A DNA stretch of 64,000 nucleotides from a candidate division BRC1 bacterium HGW-BRC1-1 (GTDB taxonomy: Bacteria; Sumerlaeota; Sumerlaeia; Sumerlaeales; Sumerlaeaceae). Shown one piece after another: positions 18,908 to 26,200 of the stretch (the stretch's first letter is position 1; each line of letters opens with the position of its first letter). Where the stretch lies: contig PHCB01000008.1 of NCBI GenBank assembly GCA_002842095.1, positions 100,879 to 164,878 of the forward strand, read 5' to 3'. The position numbers and the translations under genes were made by a program. The notes below the pieces were generated by a model. The model worked only from the letters and a program-made list of their open reading frames with translations. It made no database searches and was not told where the DNA came from.

Positions 18908-20128
18908 GTGTCACTAATCGTACAGAAATTTGGCGGTTCCAGCGTTGCCGATGCAGAACGCATTCGCAATGTGGCCCGTCTGGCAATGGCCGAGCAGGAA
19001 CGCGGCAATTCAGTGGTAGTCGTGGTGTCCGCCATGGGCAAGACCACCGATCGCTTATTGGCTCTGGTAGATGAGATCTCTGCTCATCCGGATTCCCGTG
19101 AGATCGACATGCTTCTTTCCACGGGCGAGCAGCAGACCATTGCTCTTTTGGCGATGGCTATCCACTCGGCAAACGGCAAGGCGATTTCATTCACCGGCCC
19201 CCAGGTTGGCATCACCACAGACAATTCCCATCGCAAGGCCAAGATCGTCAGCATCAACACCGAGAAGATGGTCCGCGAGCTGGAAGCCGGTAAGGTTGTC
19301 ATCGTTGCTGGATTTCAGGGAATGACCGGGGATAATGAGATTACCACCCTCGGACGCGGCGGCAGTGATACCACGGCAGTCGCACTGGCAGCAGCTCTCA
19401 AAGCAGACCGCTGTGATATCTACACCGATGTGAAGGGCGTTTACACGGCGGATCCACGCATTGTGAAGGAAGCGCGGATGCTCAAGAGTATTACCTACGA
19501 CGAGATGCTGGAACTGGCAAGTCTGGGATCGAAGGTTCTACATTCTCGTAGCGTTGAATTCGGAAAAAATTATAATGTGCCCATTCAGGTTCGGAGCAGC
19601 TTCGAAGACGTACCGGGTACGATGGTCATCAAGGAGACCGAAGAGATGGAAGATATCGTAGTCAGCGGAGTGGCCTACAATCGCGGAGAGGCCAAGGTTT
19701 CGATTATGGGAGTTCCCGACAAACCGGGCATCGCCGCCGATGTGTTCGGACGTGTGGGCGAGGCCAACATCGTTGTGGATATGATTATCCAGAACGTGGG
19801 TGCCGATGGCCGCAACGACATCTCCTTCACGGTCTCCAAAGACGATCTCCAGGATGCTCTGGAACTCGCCGAGAAGATCGCCAAAGATCTCGGTGCCGAG
19901 AAGGTCCGCTCCGACGCTGAAATAGCGAAGGTCTCCGTGGTGGGCGTTGGCATGAAAAGCCACGCAGGTGTTGCCGCCACCATGTTCCGTGCGCTGGCCA
20001 AGAATAACATCAACATAGAAATGATCAGCACCTCCGAAATCAAAGTCTCCTGCGTCATCCGCGAGAGCGATGTGGACCGCGCGGTGCAGGCTATTCACGA
20101 TGAGTTCGAGTTGCGGGAAGGTCTCTAA
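18908..20128 (+). CDS. lysC: Aspartate kinase (alpha subunit; two C-terminal ACT domains)
   Basis: VQKFGGSS, TTLGRGGSDTTA, YTDVKGVYTADPR, ACT domains (DKPGIAA; ISTSEIKVS); GTG start with AGGAG RBS. Confidence 0.96.
   Translation: MSLIVQKFGGSSVADAERIRNVARLAMAEQERGNSVVVVVSAMGKTTDRLLALVDEISAHPDSREIDMLLSTGEQQTIALLAMAIHSANGKAISFTGPQVGITTDNSHRKAKIVSINTEKMVRELEAGKVVIVAGFQGMTGDNEITTLGRGGSDTTAVALAAALKADRCDIYTDVKGVYTADPRIVKEARMLKSITYDEMLELASLGSKVLHSRSVEFGKNYNVPIQVRSSFEDVPGTMVIKETEEMEDIVVSGVAYNRGEAKVSIMGVPDKPGIAADVFGRVGEANIVVDMIIQNVGADGRNDISFTVSKDDLQDALELAEKIAKDLGAEKVRSDAEIAKVSVVGVGMKSHAGVAATMFRALAKNNINIEMISTSEIKVSCVIRESDVDRAVQAIHDEFELREGL
19646..20128 (+). CDS. Probable nested in-frame aspartate kinase beta subunit (160 aa, ACT domains only)
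   Basis: AAGGAG at 19631-19636, 9 nt before in-frame ATG 19646 (Met247, MEDIVVSG), at the position where alpha2beta2-type aspartokinases start the beta chain. Confidence 0.6.
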   Translation: MEDIVVSGVAYNRGEAKVSIMGVPDKPGIAADVFGRVGEANIVVDMIIQNVGADGRNDISFTVSKDDLQDALELAEKIAKDLGAEKVRSDAEIAKVSVVGVGMKSHAGVAATMFRALAKNNINIEMISTSEIKVSCVIRESDVDRAVQAIHDEFELREGL

Positions 20129-20130
20129 GA

Positions 20131-21090
20131 ATGGCCGAACGGCCCAAGCCGGTCGATCTTTCGCAGATTAAAACCTACTCGGTGAGGCAGCGGCCCACGA
20201 AGGTCGATTTCTCGCTGTTGGCGAAGGTGCCTAACGTGCATCAGCCTCTCAGCGAATTCTTCGAGGCCCTGCCGGCCGTGTTGAAAGCGCGCGACCTGCT
20301 GGTGGCTTGTCAGCGCATTGCAGAGGCCCGCGTGAAGGAAAAAGGCATCATCTTCATGATGGGCGCCCACGTGGTGAAATGTGGTCTTTCTCCCATCATC
20401 GTACGCATGATGGAAGAGGGCCTGATCACTTGCGTGGGAATGAACGGCGCCGGGTCCATCCATGACTTCGAACTGGCGACCTTCGGGCACACCAGCGAGG
20501 ACGTGGAGCGCGGCCTGGAAGATGGTAGTTTCGGCATGGTGAAAGAGACTGCCGAGATGATGAACACCATCGTTAACAGTGGCGTAAAAGTTGGCTGTGG
20601 TCTGGGCGAGTCTCTCGGGCGCGGTTTGCGGCACAACCTTCCCCGCTACGAACGCGTGAGCATCCTCGCCAACGCGCACCGCCTGGGTGTTCCCCTTACC
20701 GTGCACGTGGCGCTGGGCACCGACACGATCCACCAGCATCCCTCCTGCGATGGGGAGGCCTACGGTAAAGGCACCATGCGCGATTTCCGTCTCATGGCCG
20801 GGATGATTCCAACCCTCGATGAGGGGGGCGTGGTCATCAACTGTGGCAGCGCTGTCATCATGCCCGAGGTCTTTCTGAAAACGCTCACGGTGGCGCGCAA
20901 CCTCGGACACCGCGTTCGCAATTTTACGGCCATTAACATGGATATGATCCAGCATTACCGGCCCAACGCTAATGTGGTCTCGCGCCCCACGCGCAGTGGA
21001 GGCACCGCTGTTTCTCTTACCGGTCATCATGAAATCATGCTGCCATTGCTTTATGCGGGCGTGAAATCTTTCCTTCGAGAATATCGCTGA
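20131..21090 (+). CDS. Deoxyhypusine-synthase-like fold protein of unknown function
   Basis: IFMMGAHVVKCGLSPII, MNGAGSIHDFE, TSEDV, GSAVIMPEVF resemble the DHS-like NAD-binding family; 2 nt after lysC stop. Confidence 0.6.
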   Translation: MAERPKPVDLSQIKTYSVRQRPTKVDFSLLAKVPNVHQPLSEFFEALPAVLKARDLLVACQRIAEARVKEKGIIFMMGAHVVKCGLSPIIVRMMEEGLITCVGMNGAGSIHDFELATFGHTSEDVERGLEDGSFGMVKETAEMMNTIVNSGVKVGCGLGESLGRGLRHNLPRYERVSILANAHRLGVPLTVHVALGTDTIHQHPSCDGEAYGKGTMRDFRLMAGMIPTLDEGGVVINCGSAVIMPEVFLKTLTVARNLGHRVRNFTAINMDMIQHYRPNANVVSRPTRSGGTAVSLTGHHEIMLPLLYAGVKSFLREYR

Positions 21091-21138
21091 TTTACACTTT
21101 TGCGCGAGAGGCGCGCCAACCATGGTAATTCTCCAGCC

Positions 21139-22821
21139 ATGAAAAACAAACTTCCCTGGTTGCTGGCTGCCGTGGCGCTGTTTATTGCCCTGGCGGCCCT
21201 CCTCATCGCCTGGCGTAGTGCCTCTCTTGCCGAGGGTTTCGCCCGACAGGCCGGACAATCCGGCACGCAAGTTGGACAGCCGAATCTTCACGACGGGGCA
21301 AACTCCGCTACGCGAACACCGGCTCAAACGGTCAGGCCGAATTCGGCGACGGGCCCGGGCGGGCCTGACACACCAGCTCCTGTGGATCAAGGGTCAGAGG
21401 GTGCGACAGCCGCAAAAACTCCCGAGGTCGGCCATCGTCTGACTTTCCAGATCAATGATGGTTCCGGTAAGCCGGTGGCACGGGCATTGGTGAGGGTTAT
21501 ATTTGCGGGTGTTTCACAAAAACAAACTGTCAGCGCCCGCAGTGATGCCCAAGGCAAGGCCGTGGTGGGGGGAGTGGACGCGCCATCTGCCGATGGGGTG
21601 AGTGTGGAGGCTGAGGGGTTCGAGCGTAATGATATCACAGCGGTCATCCCTCTGCCTTTTGAAGAAACCTTCAACGTTACCCTGAACGCATTGGCGGGCA
21701 CCCGCATTGAAGTGCGCGAACTTGCGCAGGGAATCAGCGATCCATCGCAAGCGACCCCGTTCCGCGGTCGCGCCCATCTATATCTCATGCGACGCCAGAA
21801 CGCAGATAACCCAGTGACCACACCAACGGCATCTTTGGTCGGCAACGCCACCGGACGCCTCACCTTTGACACCATTGAATCCAAGGACGTCGATTTCGTG
21901 AATGGCTCCTACCTTGCGCAGAATCTCTCGCTGGGTTCCTATCGCGCTGTTGTGACGGTCGGGAATGAGTACGCCGAGAGCGAAATTTTTGAGGTGCAGG
22001 AGCGGAGTTCAGGAGATGCCGTGGTGCTTCTGGGACGCCGACAGGAGATAGTGGCTCAGGTGATCGTGGGGGGGACCCGCCAGCCCGTGCCCGGAGCGGC
22101 TGTGACAATGCGCATGACGAGTCGCCCCACAGCTGCAGGGGCTGCGCCCGAACATACGGCTACGGCCAATGACAAGGGACTGGCTTCTTTCAAAGACCTT
22201 CCCCTCGGCACCTATGTAATTGAGGCCACCGCCAAAGGCTTCGCCCCAAAGAGCATCGATGAGGTTCAGGTTCTTGCCGGGCCACCGCCGCCACCGGTTC
22301 CCGTGCCCCTGTCTCAGGGCAACAGTTCGGTTCAGGTGGGCGTGGCCGATGCGGCGGGGCGCCCCATCGCTCGCGCCCCACTGGTTCTGTTCGCGGCAGG
22401 GGCCGCCGGGCCACGTTCATTCTTCGGTCAAACGGATGAAGGCGGCACTTGGCTGTTCGAGCCGGTCCCAGCCGGCCGCTACACCCTCTCCATCAACAAC
22501 CCGGAGAACCGTTCGAGGCTTCAGCGCACTGAAGAAGTCGTTGTTGGCGACGGGGAAAATAAGCGTGTGGCGGTAACTTTCGCGCGGGCGCTCAACCTTC
22601 AGGGTAAGGCGCGCAGGGCAGGGAAGCCGTTTGAAGGTTTAGTCTCATTTGTGGCCAGGAGCCAGGGAGCCGCCCGTCACTATGCCAAAGCCGATTCGGC
22701 TGGCGATTTTGTGGTCGAGCTGGAGCCGGGCGAATACATCGTGGGCCACGACGATCAACCGGGTCAAACCATGGTGACGATCGTCCCCAGCCAAACCGTT
22801 GTTGAGGCAGAAATCCGCTGA
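21139..22821 (+). CDS. Membrane-anchored protein with tandem carboxypeptidase-regulatory-like (prealbumin-fold) domains
   Basis: N-terminal TM (LPWLLAAVALFIALAALLIAW), low-complexity linker, repeats such as GKPVARALV, QPVPGAAV, GTYVIEATAKGF, GRYTLSI. Confidence 0.75.
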   Translation: MKNKLPWLLAAVALFIALAALLIAWRSASLAEGFARQAGQSGTQVGQPNLHDGANSATRTPAQTVRPNSATGPGGPDTPAPVDQGSEGATAAKTPEVGHRLTFQINDGSGKPVARALVRVIFAGVSQKQTVSARSDAQGKAVVGGVDAPSADGVSVEAEGFERNDITAVIPLPFEETFNVTLNALAGTRIEVRELAQGISDPSQATPFRGRAHLYLMRRQNADNPVTTPTASLVGNATGRLTFDTIESKDVDFVNGSYLAQNLSLGSYRAVVTVGNEYAESEIFEVQERSSGDAVVLLGRRQEIVAQVIVGGTRQPVPGAAVTMRMTSRPTAAGAAPEHTATANDKGLASFKDLPLGTYVIEATAKGFAPKSIDEVQVLAGPPPPPVPVPLSQGNSSVQVGVADAAGRPIARAPLVLFAAGAAGPRSFFGQTDEGGTWLFEPVPAGRYTLSINNPENRSRLQRTEEVVVGDGENKRVAVTFARALNLQGKARRAGKPFEGLVSFVARSQGAARHYAKADSAGDFVVELEPGEYIVGHDDQPGQTMVTIVPSQTVVEAEIR

Positions 22822-22838
22822 TTTGGGCGTGTTGCCGT

Positions 22839-23954
22839 TTAGTTTTGCTTCAGTCGTCCCAGCCGCATGAGCAAGGTTTCGAGGACGTAGGCTTTGTCTG
22901 TCTGCCGTGCCGTATACTCAAAAGCGTTTTGCAATTCGTCGTATGCCGCGAGCAAAGCCGGCATCTCATTTTGTGCAGCGTAGGTCTTGACCGCTTCCAT
23001 TACATCACTGTTCAGCATTAATTTACGAGCCTCACCCTCAGGCATCACCTTAAGCAGGATTGCGTCTCGAACCCAAGCCTGCAGGGTTTGCAAGGTCGTT
23101 TCAAAGACCTCGCCGCCTGCCCCCCACGTGGGAGATTTACCCAATTCGGACGCCGCACGAAACAGCATTAAAAAACCGTGTTGCTGGAAAAGATCCATGG
23201 CTGATGCGGTTGCTTTGCGCCGTGTGGCCAGATCACCCGAAATCAAATCGATCAATAATCCGGGGCGGCCCTCGGCAAGACGCAGCAAATTGGCAGTGCC
23301 GCTATCCGCTGAGGACAAATCCTGACTGCGTGCGAATTCCTCCATCTCTGACTGTTCCAATGGGTTGAACTTCAAGGGCGCACAGCGCGATCTGACAGTT
23401 GTCAGGAGATCACCCGGACGGTGCGTAACAAGAATCAGGGTGAGGTAAGACGGGGGCTCCTCGATCAGTTTCAGCAAATGGTTGGCCATGGCTGTGTTCA
23501 TTCGATCAGCCTGCCGGAGCATCAAAATCTTGCGTCCACCTTCGAGGGGGCGGCTGTCCACAAAACGGTAGTAGGGGATTGTGTCGGCTTCTTCCCGGCC
23601 CGGCTTCCATCCGGCCAGGGTAATCTGTCCCGCAGCACCTTTCGGTTCCACCACCACGAGGTCTGAAAAAACCTGCGTGGAAATTTTGCGGCAGACATCG
23701 CAGGCGCATTCCCCACGCCCTCCGTTGGGGCAGTTAAGGGTCTTGGCCAATGCATAAGCCATGCTGGTCTTGCCGACCCCTCGGGGGCCGTGAAAGAGCA
23801 AGGCGTGAGGGAGTGCCTGGCTACCCATGGCCGATGTCAGGTATCTTTTAATCAGGTCGTGGCCGTGAATGCTGTCAAAGTTATGCGCCGACGGGGGAGT
23901 GGCAGGCGGCGCGGACGCTGAAACCGATTTTTTTGCTGCCGGGGGCGGGGTCAC
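22839..23954 (-). CDS. holB: DNA polymerase III delta' subunit (clamp loader)
   Basis: HALLFHGPRGVGK, zinc module C...CACDVC, ANHLLKLIEEPP, TVRSRC; start placed at GTG 23954 (the ORF extension overlaps the neighbour). Confidence 0.88.
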   Translation of the reverse strand: MTPPPAAKKSVSASAPPATPPSAHNFDSIHGHDLIKRYLTSAMGSQALPHALLFHGPRGVGKTSMAYALAKTLNCPNGGRGECACDVCRKISTQVFSDLVVVEPKGAAGQITLAGWKPGREEADTIPYYRFVDSRPLEGGRKILMLRQADRMNTAMANHLLKLIEEPPSYLTLILVTHRPGDLLTTVRSRCAPLKFNPLEQSEMEEFARSQDLSSADSGTANLLRLAEGRPGLLIDLISGDLATRRKATASAMDLFQQHGFLMLFRAASELGKSPTWGAGGEVFETTLQTLQAWVRDAILLKVMPEGEARKLMLNSDVMEAVKTYAAQNEMPALLAAYDELQNAFEYTARQTDKAYVLETLLMRLGRLKQN

Positions 23955-24078
23955 AAAGTCACCATATCCGGGACGCCGAAGGCTGGGATGGATAATCTGA
24001 AGGTCATATAAAAAACCATGCTCACCAAAAGGTTCAAACTCAAGGTGGAGGCAACTCCAATCGACACATTTCGGATGT

Positions 24079-25077
24079 TTAGGTGTTGAGGGGAGGGGTG
24101 GTGCCAATCAGCCATTTCATGCTGGCGTCGGGGTAACGACTTCCAGCGGGTGTACCGAGCTGACTCAGTTGATCCATCTCTGGGGCGGTCAACTGCACAC
24201 TTGCTGCCTCCGCATTCTGTTCCAGAAAATCCAATTTCTTCGTTCCGGGAATTGGGATGATGTCTTCGCCTTGGGCCAGGATCCAGGCGAGAGCCATCTG
24301 GGTGGGAGTGCATCCGTGGGCGCTTGCCAGATCAGAAACCGTATCCGCAATTTGGAGATTCTGTTTGAAGTTGTCACCCTGGAACCGGGGTGAATTTAGG
24401 CGCCAATCTCCTTCGGGGAAATCTGCGGGAGACCGAAATTTTCCCGACAAGAACCCGCGCCCGAGGGGACTGTAGGGGACAAACCCAATACCCAGTTCGC
24501 GGCACGTTGGCAGGATTTCATCCTCCACATGGCGGGTCCAGAGGGAATATTCGGTCTGGAGAGCCATGATCGGATGGACCTTGCAGGCGCGGCGCAGGGT
24601 GGATGGGGCGGCTTCGGACAATCCCAGATAACGCACCTTACCCTGAGCGACCAACTCCGCCATGGCACCCACCGTCTCTTCGATCGGTACATTGGGGTCG
24701 ACTCGATGCTGATAATACAGGTCGATCACGTCGACCTTGAGCCGGCTCAAGCTGGCATCGCAGGATTCCCGCACATATTTGGGCGTCCCGCAAACCCCGA
24801 GGTATTCTCCGTTTGCTCCACGCATGTTGCCGAATTTGGTGGCCAGAAAGACCTGGCTCCGCCGATCCGCAATTGCTTCCCCCACAAGTACTTCGTTGCT
24901 TCCGCATCCATACATGTCCGCGGTGTCCAGGAAATTAATGCCGAGTTCCAGGGCCCGATGGATCACGCGGATTGATTCTGAGTCTATGCCTTCGCCGTAA
25001 AATTCTGACATGCCCATGCAGCCGAGTCCGATGGCTGATACCGAAGGTCCATCTTTGCCAAGCTTTCGTTGGTTCAT
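24079..25077 (-). CDS. Aldo/keto reductase (AKR13-like)
   Basis: [45 protein letters not shown]; ATG 25077 with AAGGAG RBS. Confidence 0.95.
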   Translation of the reverse strand: MNQRKLGKDGPSVSAIGLGCMGMSEFYGEGIDSESIRVIHRALELGINFLDTADMYGCGSNEVLVGEAIADRRSQVFLATKFGNMRGANGEYLGVCGTPKYVRESCDASLSRLKVDVIDLYYQHRVDPNVPIEETVGAMAELVAQGKVRYLGLSEAAPSTLRRACKVHPIMALQTEYSLWTRHVEDEILPTCRELGIGFVPYSPLGRGFLSGKFRSPADFPEGDWRLNSPRFQGDNFKQNLQIADTVSDLASAHGCTPTQMALAWILAQGEDIIPIPGTKKLDFLEQNAEAASVQLTAPEMDQLSQLGTPAGSRYPDASMKWLIGTTPPLNT

Positions 25078-25130
25078 TGGATTCAAGCTCCTTACGACAG
25101 TTTTGTTGGATGAGGACAAGGGATGTACTG

Positions 25131-25148
25131 TGTGCGAGGAACCGCACA
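25131..25148. promoter_or_regulatory. Perfect inverted repeat TGTGCG-N6-CGCACA, candidate activator (enhancer) site
   Basis: Palindrome about 115 bp upstream of the sigma54-like promoter, in the divergent AKR/sigma intergenic region. Confidence 0.4.
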
Positions 25149-25262
25149 GTGAGAGGTGCAGCGCATGGGTTTCAGCCCATCAACTTCATGAAACCTGAAT
25201 CAGATAAATTGTAAACTAAGTGTTTCGAGTCGCTTGGGAATCAACGGGCTTGGCGCTGGATA

Positions 25263-25280
25263 CTGGAACCAGCCTTGCTT
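25263..25280 (+). promoter_or_regulatory. Sigma54 (RpoN) -24/-12 promoter
   Basis: CTGGAACCAGCCTTGCTT: GG(25265-66)-N10-GC(25277-78), close to consensus TGGCAC-N5-TTGCW; about 55 bp upstream of the sigma gene start. Confidence 0.65.
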
Positions 25281-25333
25281 AACAGAATGTGCAAAGCAAC
25301 GTAATCCGTTGATGATTCAGAAAGGGCTGAAAG

Positions 25334-26176
25334 ATGAAAGTTCACCTCAATGATGAAATTCGCACTTACATGGAAGAGGTCGCCTCACACGACGTCCTGA
25401 CCCGCGATGAGGAAATCGAGCTCTTTCAGCGTTTGGAAGCCGGTGATCCGGCAGCCCGGGGAGAAATTGTCGCGGCCAATCTTCGCTTCGTTATCAAGAT
25501 GGCATTGCCATTTGCTGGCCGCGGAATGAACATTGGCGACCTCATTCAGGAGGGCAACATAGGTCTCCTGGAAGTGGTCGATAAGTTTGACTGGCGCCGC
25601 GGTTTTCGTTTTTCCACTTACGCCGCATTCTGGATTCGACAGGCTATTCAGGTTGCCGCTCGCAAGCACTCGAATGTGATTCGGATCCCCATCCGCAAGA
25701 GCCGTATGTTGGGATATGTCAACGAGGCACGCCGCAATTTTATCGCTGAGAATGGTCGCGCACCCGCCACTGCGGAACTTGCCGGCATCCTGGATATGGA
25801 TGAAGACAAGCTGGAAGAATTGGAGCAGATGGGTGATGCGGTGCTTTCGCTCGATACCTCTGGCATGGACGAGGAGTCCGGGACGAGTCAGTTATTGAAT
25901 CGCCTCAGCGACGATACGACACTCTCTGCATTTGAGAAATGTTCTCAGAAGGAAATCCGTGTAAAGGTTGAGGAAGCATTAGACCAACTCTCAGACCGTG
26001 AACGGCGCATTATGCGTTTGCGCTACGGGTTTGATACCGGACAGGAACTGAGTCTGCGCTCCACAAGTCGCGAGGTGGGCATGAGTCAGGAAGGCGTGCG
26101 TCGAATCGAGCGAAAGGCTCTGAAAAAGCTACGCCGTCCGTCTACGCAGGAACTGATGCACTCAATGGTTGCGTAA
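25334..26176 (+). CDS. Alternative sigma70-family RNA polymerase sigma factor (regions 1.2, 2, 3, 4; no region 1.1)
   Basis: YMEEV..HDVLTRDEE, ANLRFV, DLIQEGNIGL, FSTYAAFWIRQAI, LSDRERRIMRLRYG, VRRIERKALKKLR. Confidence 0.93.
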   Translation: MKVHLNDEIRTYMEEVASHDVLTRDEEIELFQRLEAGDPAARGEIVAANLRFVIKMALPFAGRGMNIGDLIQEGNIGLLEVVDKFDWRRGFRFSTYAAFWIRQAIQVAARKHSNVIRIPIRKSRMLGYVNEARRNFIAENGRAPATAELAGILDMDEDKLEELEQMGDAVLSLDTSGMDEESGTSQLLNRLSDDTTLSAFEKCSQKEIRVKVEEALDQLSDRERRIMRLRYGFDTGQELSLRSTSREVGMSQEGVRRIERKALKKLRRPSTQELMHSMVA

Positions 26177-26200
26177 ACATTGGTTGTGTGTGCGCTTAAT

